A stretch of 64,000 nucleotides of DNA. Source: a virus. The notes below the pieces were generated by a model that was not told where the DNA came from, did no database searches, and was given only the letters and a program-made list of their open reading frames with translations. The DNA lies in IMG/VR virus record IMGVR_UViG_2802428897_000001. One strand, written 5' to 3'. This document shows, one piece after another, positions 18,342 to 28,230 of the stretch (the first letter of the stretch is position 1; each line of letters begins with the position of its first letter). The translations under genes were made by a program, and so were the position numbers.

Positions 18342-18680
18342 TCAGTTCTCCTTTCGGTCGTATTGCGGGCCGATATAGGGCCTTTGGGGTGATACCTCGT
18401 TGCGGAGGTTGATGATTCCTCCCGTGATTTCGAAGGCTTCGCGAGCAACACGTGGGGTCAGGACCATTGCATGGAAGATGACCCAGGCCTCTTGATCCTC
18501 GTTTTCGGCGGCAACTTCGATCCATGGTTGTTTGTTGATGTTGCCGATGAACATGTAGGTGTCGGCGTCGGGGTGGGTGGTTGTGATGGCGTAGCGCAGG
18601 AGTGGGTGGGTGATGACGTTGCGGATCTCGTCGCCGGTGATGCTGTGTTGCCATCCGGTGGGGATGATCTCGATCCGCAT
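18342..18680 (-). CDS. Putative type II toxin (RelE/BrnT-like fold)
   Basis: QHSITGDEIRNVI...WIEV...VIFHAM pattern; upstream of RHH gene. Confidence 0.6.
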   Translation of the reverse strand: MRIEIIPTGWQHSITGDEIRNVITHPLLRYAITTTHPDADTYMFIGNINKQPWIEVAAENEDQEAWVIFHAMVLTPRVAREAFEITGGIINLRNEVSPQRPYIGPQYDRKEN

Positions 18681-18684
18681 ACCG

Positions 18685-18726
18685 AAAAGTGTATTACACA
18701 TCTGACATAAAGTGCAATACACTTTT
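18685..18726 (-). promoter_or_regulatory. TA operon promoter and operator
   Basis: 15-bp inverted repeat (1 mismatch) over TTGCAC-N18-TACACT-N7-ATG on minus strand. Confidence 0.75.
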
Positions 18727-18979
18727 ACGGTGGGCCTTCGCTGCGACCTAGCGAATGAGCCGCTAAACACGAGCCGTAGCCTGGCGTTGCGCGCCGTATG
18801 TTGCTCCGAGCTCGCCGCGCCACGCGAGTGCCTGCATGCTGTGTCTACCAGCGGAGATGCAAAGCCCACGCTGCTGCGGCTAACTCAATAGCTGGGGTTT
18901 TATCGACATGGCAACCATATGTGTGCAATGATCTGCCCAGGGGCGCGGTCAGTGTCGGCGGAAAGGGGCGGTTGCATTC

Positions 18980-20386
18980 ATGGTCATGAAGGATCGTTGG
19001 ACGATGCCAGCTGGTTTGCGGCGGGCATCGGTGCTGGCGGCAATCGTCGCGCTGACTGTCGGTGGAGCGAAGATCGTCGATGACTACACCCTCCCCGGTA
19101 GTGGGTTCTCGGCGGTCGCGACGGTAGCCGCTGACCCAACGGGACCTCCGGGGCCGACCGGTGGAATGACCGACGGTGGGGGTTCCCAGTTTCAGCCACC
19201 GCAAATGCCCAGCTCAATGCCTGATTATCAGGGCGGCAACAATCAGCCGCCGCTGGATCAGAACTCGGGTATCAGCATCTATAATACGGGATCGCCTGGT
19301 GCGCAACAGGTTCCGGGGCAGCAGGGTGGGCAGCAGCCGCAGCAGAGCTGGGATCAGCCCGCGCACGGAACCCAGATGCCTAATTACTCCACGGCGCCCG
19401 GGTACACCCAGGGGCCGGGCAAGCCGAATCCTGATTATCAAGCGCCGCAGCAGAATTCACCTCAGCAGGGTCAACAGTCCCCACAACAGGGTCAGCAGCA
19501 GCAGTCGCCGCAACAGAGTCAAGAGCAGCAGCAGCAGTCGCCGCAACAGAGTCAAGAGCAGCAGCAGCAGAACCAGCCGGAGCAACAACAGCAGCAGGAA
19601 CAACAGGACCAGGGTGATCAGCAGCGCCAGCAGCGCTGCCAGGCGATGTCGCAGCAGATGGACCAGTTCATCCAGACGGCCCAGCAGGTCGCCGATGTAG
19701 TTCAGCAGGTCGGGGATGCGGCCGAGATCGTGCTGCCCAAGGGCGGCGGTGGATCGTTGGGGCCAGACGGGGAACGCTCGCCGGGCCGCTTACCGACCCA
19801 GCCGCTTGAATGTGGGGACTGCCCGCCGGACAGGCTTCCGGAAGGTCTGCCTTGCGAAAAGGTGAAGGCCGGCCCGCTTCGGGGGCTGTGCAACCTGGCG
19901 AACATGATTGAGCGCGAGTGCGATCCGCGCGCCGGCGATCCCGAATGTGCGAACCAGGTGCCGGTATGCCTAAAGAAGGATTCCTGGCAGGCATTTCAAC
20001 CTGAGATAATCGCCGAGAGAGACGAGTACATTAGGCTCGGGAAAGAGTTCATTCAGCGAAACGGTGGCGCCGTGTACAAGCGGGATATGACCCCCGAGCT
20101 GAAGGATAGGAAGAAACGAGAAACCGACGCAGCCAGAACCGCAGATCCTGCCAAGTATGCCGGAAAGCAGGTTGGGCATGGTCCAGACATGGTGTGGGGC
20201 GGTGGGCCAGGAAAGCTGGATGCGCGAGACCTCTTCCCGATGGACGGCCCGCTGAACCAATCCATCGGTGGGCAGTCAAATGCATTTGACACCGGATACA
20301 AGGCGACAGACTTCGTGAAGGGCGTGTGGTCAAGTGCACCGAAAATGAAAGACAAGCGGTGCGTCGCGACCGTGCCTGTTTTTTAA
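18980..20386 (+). CDS. Exported Gln-rich protein with C-terminal nuclease-toxin-like domain (HxxD, Ntox15/Tde-like)
   Basis: N-terminal hydrophobic signal; Q/P/G linker; GHGPDMVWGGG...PLNQSIGGQ. Confidence 0.65.
   Translation: MVMKDRWTMPAGLRRASVLAAIVALTVGGAKIVDDYTLPGSGFSAVATVAADPTGPPGPTGGMTDGGGSQFQPPQMPSSMPDYQGGNNQPPLDQNSGISIYNTGSPGAQQVPGQQGGQQPQQSWDQPAHGTQMPNYSTAPGYTQGPGKPNPDYQAPQQNSPQQGQQSPQQGQQQQSPQQSQEQQQQSPQQSQEQQQQNQPEQQQQQEQQDQGDQQRQQRCQAMSQQMDQFIQTAQQVADVVQQVGDAAEIVLPKGGGGSLGPDGERSPGRLPTQPLECGDCPPDRLPEGLPCEKVKAGPLRGLCNLANMIERECDPRAGDPECANQVPVCLKKDSWQAFQPEIIAERDEYIRLGKEFIQRNGGAVYKRDMTPELKDRKKRETDAARTADPAKYAGKQVGHGPDMVWGGGPGKLDARDLFPMDGPLNQSIGGQSNAFDTGYKATDFVKGVWSSAPKMKDKRCVATVPVF
19493..19570 (+). 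repeat. Perfect 33-bp tandem duplication (QQQQSPQQSQE) in CAG-rich tract
   Basis: CAGCAGCAGCAGTCGCCGCAACAGAGTCAAGAG x2 plus partial copy. Confidence 0.85.
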
Positions 20387-20935
20387 ATGAACGGACGAGA
20401 AAAAATGCCTTTTAGTCTGAATCCCGCCCGCTGGTCTGCCAGGAGTCGAAGAACCCTATATGTTCTGCTCTCTATCCTCGCAGTTGCTGCAGCAGTAGCG
20501 GTTTCATACACTGCGGGAATGAAATACGAAGCGGGCAGGTTCGACAGCTCGGATGCACAGGTGCGGGCTGTAATTGAAGATTACGTGCAAGCGATGAACA
20601 GTAACGATCTGAACAAGATCAAATCACTTTCGATCGGACTTGCTGCAGATCAACTCGGGGCTGGGTTTGAAGGCGGTACGCAAGGCGTTTACTCGCAGAA
20701 CATAATGCAGCGTATACCTATCAACGGCCCGATTCATATCGCCAAGCTGAATATTATATCGCGCGGCGAATTTGCCTATCTTGTCGAGGTATACACCAAA
20801 TATGCCGACCAAGAAACACGCACATATTACTATCCGGCCGCAAATGTGCGGTTCAGCATGTTCAATCTGCACGGACAGTGGAAAGTCATGGGAATCGATG
20901 AGTATATGGACTACAACATTGTCAAAGATGAGTAA
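20387..20935 (+). CDS. Membrane-anchored protein (possible NTF2-like fold; candidate immunity)
   Basis: One N-terminal TM helix; VRAVIEDYVQAMN...GQWKV pattern; AT-richer codons. Confidence 0.65.
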   Translation: MNGREKMPFSLNPARWSARSRRTLYVLLSILAVAAAVAVSYTAGMKYEAGRFDSSDAQVRAVIEDYVQAMNSNDLNKIKSLSIGLAADQLGAGFEGGTQGVYSQNIMQRIPINGPIHIAKLNIISRGEFAYLVEVYTKYADQETRTYYYPAANVRFSMFNLHGQWKVMGIDEYMDYNIVKDE

Positions 20936-21512
20936 CCATTCAAAATTCATCGGGGCGGCAATGCTTTTGGGAATAACCCTAACCGGATGTCAGAGTACGG
21001 GCCGCGATCCGTCCACACCCCAGCCCTCATCCTCCCCAGCTGCATCGCCGACGAATTTCGCAGACATCTACGGACAATTCCCCTCCCCAGCGACCACCAC
21101 CTCGGCGGGCGCTGATGAGGCACCCGTAGGTCGCTGCGTGAAAATCACGGGAAAATCCAAAGACGCCGCCCTAGCGCTAACTGACTGCAACGCGCCTGAC
21201 ACCACACACAGAATCATCCAGAGAGTCGCGACTCCCAACGAATGCGTCCGAGATGCCGATCGGCGCTACTACCGCAACACAGCGGCCGGCGAATGGACGG
21301 CATGCCTTGACATCTACTGGAACATCAACGACTGCCTCAGCGTCACCAACGAGGGAACTCACCGGGTGGCCTGCAACGATAGCGCGGCCCCAATCCGAAT
21401 CCGCGCAACCAAACTAGTTCTTGGCGTCGCCAACGCCCAGATGTGCCCGGTCGGGTACCCCCATCCAGTGCGGCAGTACACGATCTGCACCGAAGCGCAG
21501 GGCTGGCAATAG
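20928..21512 (+). CDS. LppU-like Cys-rich lipoprotein
   Basis: Lipobox LTGC; GRCV..DC..ECVRDAD..WTACLD..W..DC. Confidence 0.75.
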   Translation: MSNHSKFIGAAMLLGITLTGCQSTGRDPSTPQPSSSPAASPTNFADIYGQFPSPATTTSAGADEAPVGRCVKITGKSKDAALALTDCNAPDTTHRIIQRVATPNECVRDADRRYYRNTAAGEWTACLDIYWNINDCLSVTNEGTHRVACNDSAAPIRIRATKLVLGVANAQMCPVGYPHPVRQYTICTEAQGWQ

Positions 21513-21807
21513 CACTCCAACTGCGCGCATCGTCATTGCGCAAACTATTCCTCTGTACCGAAACACAAAAGTAGGGCGGCTTGGTCGTCAAACTGCTGAG
21601 CTTCGCTCGGGTGCTGTTTATTGTGGTGTGGGTGGTCGAAACGGGGTTGTGGCTGTTCACTGATATTTCATTGTCGAGTGTCAACCAGTACCTGTTTCCG
21701 GCACTCATGCTGTGGATTATCGTCGACGCCACCGTGAAAGCCGCACGGTCGCAATAAGAGCCCACGCTATGTGATCCGTTTCATCGTCTGATGCCAGACT
21801 GCGGCGC

Positions 21808-23034
21808 GTGCCCGAATACACGCAGCTTGCCGTCGATGACCTGCACACCTTCAAAGGCAACCCGCGCCGCGGTGATGTCAGCCAGATCGCCGTGTCGTTG
21901 ACCAAGCACGGCCAGTACCGGCCGATCGTGGTTAACCGGGGCAGCCAGACTGGCCGCCGCAACGAGGTGCTGGCCGGGAACCACACGTTGATGGCTGCAC
22001 GGTCGCTCGGCTGGACCACGATTGATGTCGGGATAGTGGATGTCGACGAGGACACCGCGCGCTCGATCGTGGCGGCCGATAACCGGCTGGCCGACCTGGG
22101 CGAGTACGACACCTCCGACCTCTATCAGCTGTTGTCGTCGATCGAGGACTTGGGCGGAACCGGTTACGGGCTCGAGGATTTGTTGGCGATGGAGCGTGAT
22201 CTGTTCCCGCCGGAGCCGCTGACTGACCCGGATGATGTTCCGTCGGCACCGGAGTCTCCGGTGTCGCGGCCGGGGCAGTTGTGGTCGTTGGGGGAGCATC
22301 GGCTGCTGGTCGGATCGACGACCGATCTGGAGGGTGTGCGGGCGCTGTGTGGTGACGTGCAGCCGGATTGCGTGTGGACCGATCCGCCCTATGGCGTCGA
22401 CTATGTGGGGAAGACGAAGGCGGCGTTGCGGATCCAAAACGACGTGACTGGTGGGCTGTTCGAGCTGCTGAAGGCGGCGTTCGACGTGGTGGCCGCGGTG
22501 GCCCGGCCGGGCGCCCCGGTGTACGTGGCTCACGCCGACACCGAACGCACAACGTTCGAGTCCGCGATGGAAAGCGCCGGGCTGCAAGTGCGACAGAACC
22601 TGGTGTGGGTGAAGAACATGATGGCCCTTGGCCGTTCGGACTACCAGTATCGGCACGAGCCGATCCTGTACGGGTTCGTCCCGGGCGGCGAGGGCCGATT
22701 GGGTCGCGGCGGTGAGCGATGGTTCGGCGACAACAAGTCCACCACGGTGTTTGAGGTGGACAAGCCTGCCCGCAACGCCGAACACCCGACGATGAAGCCC
22801 GTGGCGTTGATCGACGCGATGCTGGCCAATAGCCTGCGACCGGGCGGCGTGGTGCTGGACCCGTTCTCCGGTTCGGGGTCCACGTTGATCGCAGCGCATG
22901 GCCGCCAGTCGCGGTGCTTCGGTGTGGAATTGGATCCGCGGTATGCCGATGTGATTCTGCGTCGGTTCGAGGAGCACACGGGCATCGTGCCGGAGCTCGA
23001 CGGCGAGCCGGTGTCGTTCGCGGGCGCAGCCTGA
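21808..23034 (+). CDS. ParB-N-domain DNA amino-methyltransferase (m6A/m4C)
   Basis: N-terminal NPRRG..LAGNH..ADNR; TDPPY; HPTMKP; DPFSGSGST. Confidence 0.92.
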   Translation: MPEYTQLAVDDLHTFKGNPRRGDVSQIAVSLTKHGQYRPIVVNRGSQTGRRNEVLAGNHTLMAARSLGWTTIDVGIVDVDEDTARSIVAADNRLADLGEYDTSDLYQLLSSIEDLGGTGYGLEDLLAMERDLFPPEPLTDPDDVPSAPESPVSRPGQLWSLGEHRLLVGSTTDLEGVRALCGDVQPDCVWTDPPYGVDYVGKTKAALRIQNDVTGGLFELLKAAFDVVAAVARPGAPVYVAHADTERTTFESAMESAGLQVRQNLVWVKNMMALGRSDYQYRHEPILYGFVPGGEGRLGRGGERWFGDNKSTTVFEVDKPARNAEHPTMKPVALIDAMLANSLRPGGVVLDPFSGSGSTLIAAHGRQSRCFGVELDPRYADVILRRFEEHTGIVPELDGEPVSFAGAA

Positions 23035-23038
23035 CCTC

Positions 23039-24568
23039 ATGTCTGCGGTGTTGAGTCTGGCGGCTGCTCGGTATGTGCGGGTGGCACGCTCGCGTCGACG
23101 GCCGGGGAGCCCTGCTGAGTTGGCGCGCCGTCTCGATACGAAGTTCCGTGTGACACCGACGATCCGGCTGCTGTCGGACCTCGCGGTGCGATCGGTTAGG
23201 GAGCCGGATCAGCGAGATGTTGTCAGCACTCCGCCGCGGACGGGGAAGTCGCAGTCGCTGGCGATCTGGACGCCCGCTTGGGCGTTGGGCGTAAACCCGG
23301 ATCTGAAGATTGTGATCGTGTCGTACTCGGATGAGTTGGCGCAGACGCATTCTCGTGAGGTCCGCAAGATCATCAACGAGCACGCCGAGTTCCTGGGATA
23401 CCGGCTGGCGCGCGATAAGACGTCGGTGGGTCAGTGGCGGGTGGAGGGCCACGAGGGCGGGGTGCTGGCCACCGGTATCAACTCGGGTGTGACGGGTTTC
23501 GGCGCCGACCTGATGATCATCGATGACCCGGTTAAGGATGCGGCGGAAGCCGACTCGAAGGCGCATCGGCGGCGCGTGCTCAACGAGTACCAATCGACGT
23601 TGTCGACGCGTGTGCATCCGGGCGGCTCCGTCGTGGTGGTGATGACGCGCTGGCATGAGGAAGACTTGGCCGGCGCGCTGATCAAGCAGGAGCCGGACCG
23701 GTGGCGGCGCACCAACATCCCCGCCGTCTCGGACCCGAAGATCCCCGACGCGCTCTGTCGGCCTGCTGGAGTGGCGATGGTCTCCGCGTTGGGCTTCACG
23801 GCTGAGCATTTCGCGGCGACACGGCGCACCGTGGGGGAGCGGGTGTGGTTTGCACTGTATTGCGGCGAGCCCACGGCGCCAGCCGGCGGGCTGGTCAAGC
23901 AGAAGTGGTTGGACGATTGGCGGCTCCTACTCGCACCGTCGCGGCCGGTGTTCACAGTGGTGGCGGTAGACCCATCCGATAGCGGGTCGGGCGACTCGTG
24001 CGGTTTGGTCGCGACATCGCTCACTGGACAGGGCGTGGTGGCGTTGATCGCGGACAAGTCCAAGCCGATGACATCGGACGAGTGGGCGCGTGAGTCTGTG
24101 CAGTTGGCGATTGACGTGGGTGCCAGCGAGATTGCGGTGGAAGGGTTCGCGGCCCGCGAGACCTACACGCGGGTGGTCAAGGAAGCGATCGTGCGTGCTG
24201 AGGAGAACGGCGCCTTGAATCGGCCGATCACAGTGTCCGCGTGGCCGCCGAAGGGCCGGCCGCGGGTTGGGGATGCGGTAGCGCGCTCGGCCGCGCTGCT
24301 GCAGGCGCTGGAGGTGGGGAGGTGCCGCCTGGCCGGGTATTTCCCCGAGTTCGAGGCAAAGGCGGTCGCGTGGCAGGCTGGCCAGCACCAGCCGGACAAC
24401 TTGGCGGCGTTGGTGATTGGGCACGATGTGTGTGTGCATTCGGCCGGCCTGGAGTGGGACATCTCAGCGCCGCTGGTCGACGGCGCACTCGGCCCGACTG
24501 CTCGCACTGCTGGCTCCGCTGGTTCGGTGGTGGACTTGACCGATTGGATGTCACGCAAGGTCGGGTGA
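23039..24568 (+). CDS. terL: Terminase large subunit
   Basis: PPRTGKS Walker A, IIDDP Walker B, MTRWHEEDL, VAVDP nuclease. Confidence 0.92.
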   Translation: MSAVLSLAAARYVRVARSRRRPGSPAELARRLDTKFRVTPTIRLLSDLAVRSVREPDQRDVVSTPPRTGKSQSLAIWTPAWALGVNPDLKIVIVSYSDELAQTHSREVRKIINEHAEFLGYRLARDKTSVGQWRVEGHEGGVLATGINSGVTGFGADLMIIDDPVKDAAEADSKAHRRRVLNEYQSTLSTRVHPGGSVVVVMTRWHEEDLAGALIKQEPDRWRRTNIPAVSDPKIPDALCRPAGVAMVSALGFTAEHFAATRRTVGERVWFALYCGEPTAPAGGLVKQKWLDDWRLLLAPSRPVFTVVAVDPSDSGSGDSCGLVATSLTGQGVVALIADKSKPMTSDEWARESVQLAIDVGASEIAVEGFAARETYTRVVKEAIVRAEENGALNRPITVSAWPPKGRPRVGDAVARSAALLQALEVGRCRLAGYFPEFEAKAVAWQAGQHQPDNLAALVIGHDVCVHSAGLEWDISAPLVDGALGPTARTAGSAGSVVDLTDWMSRKVG

Positions 24569-24597
24569 CGTCACCGTGCGGAGGTACTTTCCTGGCT

Positions 24598-24852
24598 ATG
24601 GCCTCGGAAACCATCGATGGACGTTTGGCGGCTCTGCCGGATGCGGCGCTGGGCTTCGCGCTCGGTGTACGTGTGGGTAGTCCGCAGTCGGTTGCGAACG
24701 TGGGGCAGGTGTCGACGCTGATTGCAGAGCTGCAGCGCCGCGGTGTGTATGCGGACATGCTGGCGGTGTTGGATCCTGAGTTGGCGGCGCGGATCGAGTT
24801 GTTGGACAGCGCTGATCGCGGCCAGCGCTGGGCACGGACAGGCAGGCGATGA
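24598..24852 (+). CDS. Hypothetical phage protein
   Basis: Leaderless-type start 7 nt after TACTTT. Confidence 0.6.
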   Translation: MASETIDGRLAALPDAALGFALGVRVGSPQSVANVGQVSTLIAELQRRGVYADMLAVLDPELAARIELLDSADRGQRWARTGRR

Positions 24853-25040
24853 TGGAGTTCGCGCGAGGCGGTCCGATTGCTGGGCCTGCTCCGACACCGA
24901 TCTACACCGAGACTATGCGGTGCTCCGCGAACTGGGGAGGGTATGTGATTCCAGCCGGTGCGGTTTCAGAGGCGGCGGTGCGGCTGATGGCCCGTCTCGA
25001 TGAAACGGTGACTCAGATCACCGGCAACGTAACGGTTTAG
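24849..25040 (+). CDS. Hypothetical phage protein
   Basis: ATGA coupling. Confidence 0.45.
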   Translation: MMEFARGGPIAGPAPTPIYTETMRCSANWGGYVIPAGAVSEAAVRLMARLDETVTQITGNVTV

Positions 25041-25098
25041 GGTTTCGGCGCGTTCCGAATCGTGTGCCACTGGTCTGCCGGTTTACCGTGGCGTTTGT

Positions 25099-25653
25099 GT
25101 GGTCGATGAACTCGATTCCGGTGGGCGCGGTTTGACGACGCCGGAGCGGTGGGAACCCGATACACAGATGGTTGCGGCGGTGCTTTCGTCCCCGAAATCG
25201 TTCCGCAAGATGACCGAAATGTGCGATCAGGACCGAGCCTGGCTCGTTGCTGGACTCACGGCCGCGGGTATGACCGCCCAAGACATCGCTGCTCGAACTG
25301 GCTGCAGCTTGCGCCTCATCCGCGCGATCCGCGCCGAGGACATGACGCAGGCGTTCGTGGTCGCGCAGCGGGAGGCACGCGAGGTCAGCGACGAACTGCG
25401 TTTGGAGCGTATCGAACTCACGGCCACCCGACACGAGGCGGATCAGTCCAAGGCCGAAGCGGCGCGTCTGCGCACGCAGATAGATCAGCTTATCGATGCC
25501 CACCTGGCTGGGACTCTCACGTTGTTCCGTTGCGGGCACGCGCAAGTCAAGTACAACGTCTACGAGCATGGCGGCCGCAAGTTCTGCCGCGAATGCGCGC
25601 GACTACGCAAGCAGGAGCAGCGCAAATCTAAGCGTCTAACTGCGGTGTCCTAA
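25099..25653 (+). CDS. HTH + coiled-coil + Zn-ribbon protein (candidate regulator)
   Basis: GMTAQDIAARTGCSLRLIRAIR; CGH...CREC. Confidence 0.7.
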   Translation: MVDELDSGGRGLTTPERWEPDTQMVAAVLSSPKSFRKMTEMCDQDRAWLVAGLTAAGMTAQDIAARTGCSLRLIRAIRAEDMTQAFVVAQREAREVSDELRLERIELTATRHEADQSKAEAARLRTQIDQLIDAHLAGTLTLFRCGHAQVKYNVYEHGGRKFCRECARLRKQEQRKSKRLTAVS

Positions 25654-25711
25654 TTCTGTAGGACAGTTTCAGCGGGATAGGTTTCACCCCTTGGCCTTAG
25701 CGTCGGCCACC

Positions 25712-26137
25712 ATGAACCTTGGTCTCGGACTCACCGTCCTGATCCTCGTCATCTACGTGCTCGCTGTGATGCGACTCGTGCGGCTGATCAACTACGACAC
25801 CATCCTGGATCCTGTGCGGCTGTGGATCGCTCACCGCGCGAATCTGGCGATGATCGCCGCCGATGAGGCGCGAACGGCCGGCCATCCGGTCACCGCGCAA
25901 TCGCACACCCGCCGGATGGCGCGCTGGAACCTGCTGGCCGAATTCCTCGGATGCCCCTGGTGCGTGGGTTTTTGGCTGTCGCTGGCCGCCGCGGTGGTGC
26001 CAGTGCATGTGATCGGCTGGCCGTGGTGGGCTGTCTTCGGTGTGGCGCTGGCTTGTTCGTATGTCGTCGGGCTGGCCTCGCCGCTGACGGCCGACGAAAT
26101 GGAGATCGTCAGCGGCGACGCGGACGCCAGCCAGTAA
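25712..26137 (+). CDS. DUF1360-like membrane protein
   Basis: RLVRLI..D.I..P.R, LGCPWCVGFW. Confidence 0.75.
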   Translation: MNLGLGLTVLILVIYVLAVMRLVRLINYDTILDPVRLWIAHRANLAMIAADEARTAGHPVTAQSHTRRMARWNLLAEFLGCPWCVGFWLSLAAAVVPVHVIGWPWWAVFGVALACSYVVGLASPLTADEMEIVSGDADASQ

Positions 26138-26164
26138 ACACCCTGCACAGTTACCGTCTGCGAC

Positions 26165-28066
26165 GTGGCCGCCCCAGACTTGCGTGTTGTTCGACGCCGT
26201 AGAGGCGACGCGTTGACGGCCTCTGCGCCGCGCGCCCTGACCGCAGCGAGCACCCCCGTAACCAACTCGGCCCAGATCTTCCAGGCCGGATCGGTCGGCC
26301 GCCGGAACAACTGGCAGGCCGAAGCCTGGGAGATGTACCGGGCAGTCGGTGAGCTGCGCTACTACGTTGGATGGCGGGCCAACTCATGCTCACGAGTCCG
26401 ATTCGTGGCCTCCGAAATCGACGCCGACACCGGTGAGCCAACCGGAAGCATCGCCGAGGACAACCGTGAGGGACAACGGGTCACCGAGATCGTCCGCAAG
26501 ATCGCCGGCGGCAGGCTAGGGCAGGCGCAGCTGACTCGACGGGCCGCTGAATCGTTGACGGTCCCGGGCGAGGTGTGGATCGCGATCCTGATGCGGACCG
26601 AGGGCACCGACCAAAACCAAAGGCAGGTGGCCAAGTGGTATGCGGTCACGCGCAGAGAGATTGAACAAGGCCCACGAAGCAACACCGTGACGATCAAGCT
26701 GCCTGACGGCACAAAGCACGTGTTCGATCAGAGCAAGGGCGACGGCATGTTCCGGGTGTGGAACCCCGACGCCGAAGACGCTTCACTGCCTGACTCGCCT
26801 GTGCAGGCGTGCTTGGACTCTCTGCGCGAGATCGTGCGCACCACGAAAAAGATCAAGAACGCGGACAACTCGCGCCTGCTGAACAACGGACTGCTGTTCG
26901 TGCCGTCGGAAGCAACATTGCCCGATCAGCAGTCGCCGGTTGCGGCCGATAAACCCGGCGACTCGGCTCCGCAGCTGCAACCAGGCCGACGAGTCGCAGC
27001 CTCGCTGCAGCAGATGATCGTTCAGGTCGCCGAGACCGCGTCCAAGGACGAGAACAGCATGGCTGCCCTGGTCCCGATTGTGGCGGCTGCGCCTGGCGAT
27101 CACCTGGCGAAGATCAATCACCTTGAGTTCGGCAAGGACGTTACCGACACGGCGCTGAACACTCGGGAGAAGGCGATCGCCCGGCTAGCAACGGGGTTGG
27201 ACATGTCCCGGGAGCGGCTGCTTGGTCTGAGTACTGGAAACCATTGGTCCGCATGGGCTATCGATGATCAGGACGTGCAGGTGCACGTCAAGCCCGTCAT
27301 GGAAATCATCTGTCACGCGATCTACGAGTCGGTTCTGCGCGGGATGTTGATTGATGAGGGAATCGACCCTGACAAATACATTCTCTGGTACGACGCATCG
27401 GCCCTGACGTCCGATCCGGATCTGACCGACGAGACGAAGGACGCGTTCGAGAAGGGCGCGGTTACAAGCGAATACCTGGTACGGACCTATGGGATTCCTG
27501 ATGACGCAATGTATGACTTCACCAGTTTGGAGGGCTGGCAGCAGTGGGCGCAGGACAGGGTGAGTCAAGATCCCACGCTGCTGCGTGAACTGCTGCCGCT
27601 ACTCGATAGTTCGGTGCAGGGCATCGAGTTCCCTGAGCCCGTCGCGGCGCTGCCGCCCGGCCAAGGCGACGGGGAAGATGACGCGTCGGGTGCTGAGCAG
27701 CAGCAGGAACCGGACACCGAGGACGACGGCAGTGGTGTGCAGGCCAGCGCGCGTGCCAATGTGGAACTTGCGGTGGTGGATCTGATGGTGGGCCGCGCTC
27801 TTGAGTTGGCCGGCAAGCGACGCGTCCGCACGAACGATCGTGAGCAGCACGCGCGGCTCAAGGGAATCCCGACGCACGAATATCACCGGTACATGGGCCC
27901 GGTCGACGAGCCGGAAGTGTCGCGGCTGATCAAGGGATGGGACAGCATCATGAGCGAGTCAGCGTTGTCGCGTTTGGGTATTGACCCCGATCGGGTGCGG
28001 GCCGCAGTAGCGCGGGCTGCACGTAAAGAACTGACATCGCAGGTCATCGACGGACAGGTCGGCTGA
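26165..28066 (+). CDS. Portal protein
   Basis: WQAEAWEMY..VGELRY, GNHWSAW motifs of cluster-B-like portals; synteny. Confidence 0.85.
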   Translation: MAAPDLRVVRRRRGDALTASAPRALTAASTPVTNSAQIFQAGSVGRRNNWQAEAWEMYRAVGELRYYVGWRANSCSRVRFVASEIDADTGEPTGSIAEDNREGQRVTEIVRKIAGGRLGQAQLTRRAAESLTVPGEVWIAILMRTEGTDQNQRQVAKWYAVTRREIEQGPRSNTVTIKLPDGTKHVFDQSKGDGMFRVWNPDAEDASLPDSPVQACLDSLREIVRTTKKIKNADNSRLLNNGLLFVPSEATLPDQQSPVAADKPGDSAPQLQPGRRVAASLQQMIVQVAETASKDENSMAALVPIVAAAPGDHLAKINHLEFGKDVTDTALNTREKAIARLATGLDMSRERLLGLSTGNHWSAWAIDDQDVQVHVKPVMEIICHAIYESVLRGMLIDEGIDPDKYILWYDASALTSDPDLTDETKDAFEKGAVTSEYLVRTYGIPDDAMYDFTSLEGWQQWAQDRVSQDPTLLRELLPLLDSSVQGIEFPEPVAALPPGQGDGEDDASGAEQQQEPDTEDDGSGVQASARANVELAVVDLMVGRALELAGKRRVRTNDREQHARLKGIPTHEYHRYMGPVDEPEVSRLIKGWDSIMSESALSRLGIDPDRVRAAVARAARKELTSQVIDGQVG

Positions 28067-28230
28067 TGGCTCACATCGACACGACGCACCCCGGCAAGGT
28101 CGTTGCCTACGAAGGCGAGGCGAACGCGAGCTACTACATCGATAGCCGTCGGCTAATTGTCGTGGCCGATTCTGGCAGCTTCGCCGACGTATTGGCCGCA
28201 GTGACGGCTCTCAGGGACGAGGTGTGCTGA
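28066..28230 (+). CDS. Small hypothetical protein
   Basis: 54-aa ORF with TGATG coupling on both sides. Confidence 0.5.
   Translation: MAHIDTTHPGKVVAYEGEANASYYIDSRRLIVVADSGSFADVLAAVTALRDEVC

Noticed and set aside
14640..21800. Intact Tn3-family transposon
   Set aside because: No transposase, terminal inverted repeats or target duplication recognised
23039..24568. Intein in terminase
   Set aside because: Normal length; no intein terminal motifs
25068..25101. Another copy of the late-promoter motif before 25099
   Set aside because: A -10-like TACCGT is present but the CAC box is divergent and 10 nt away, not 7
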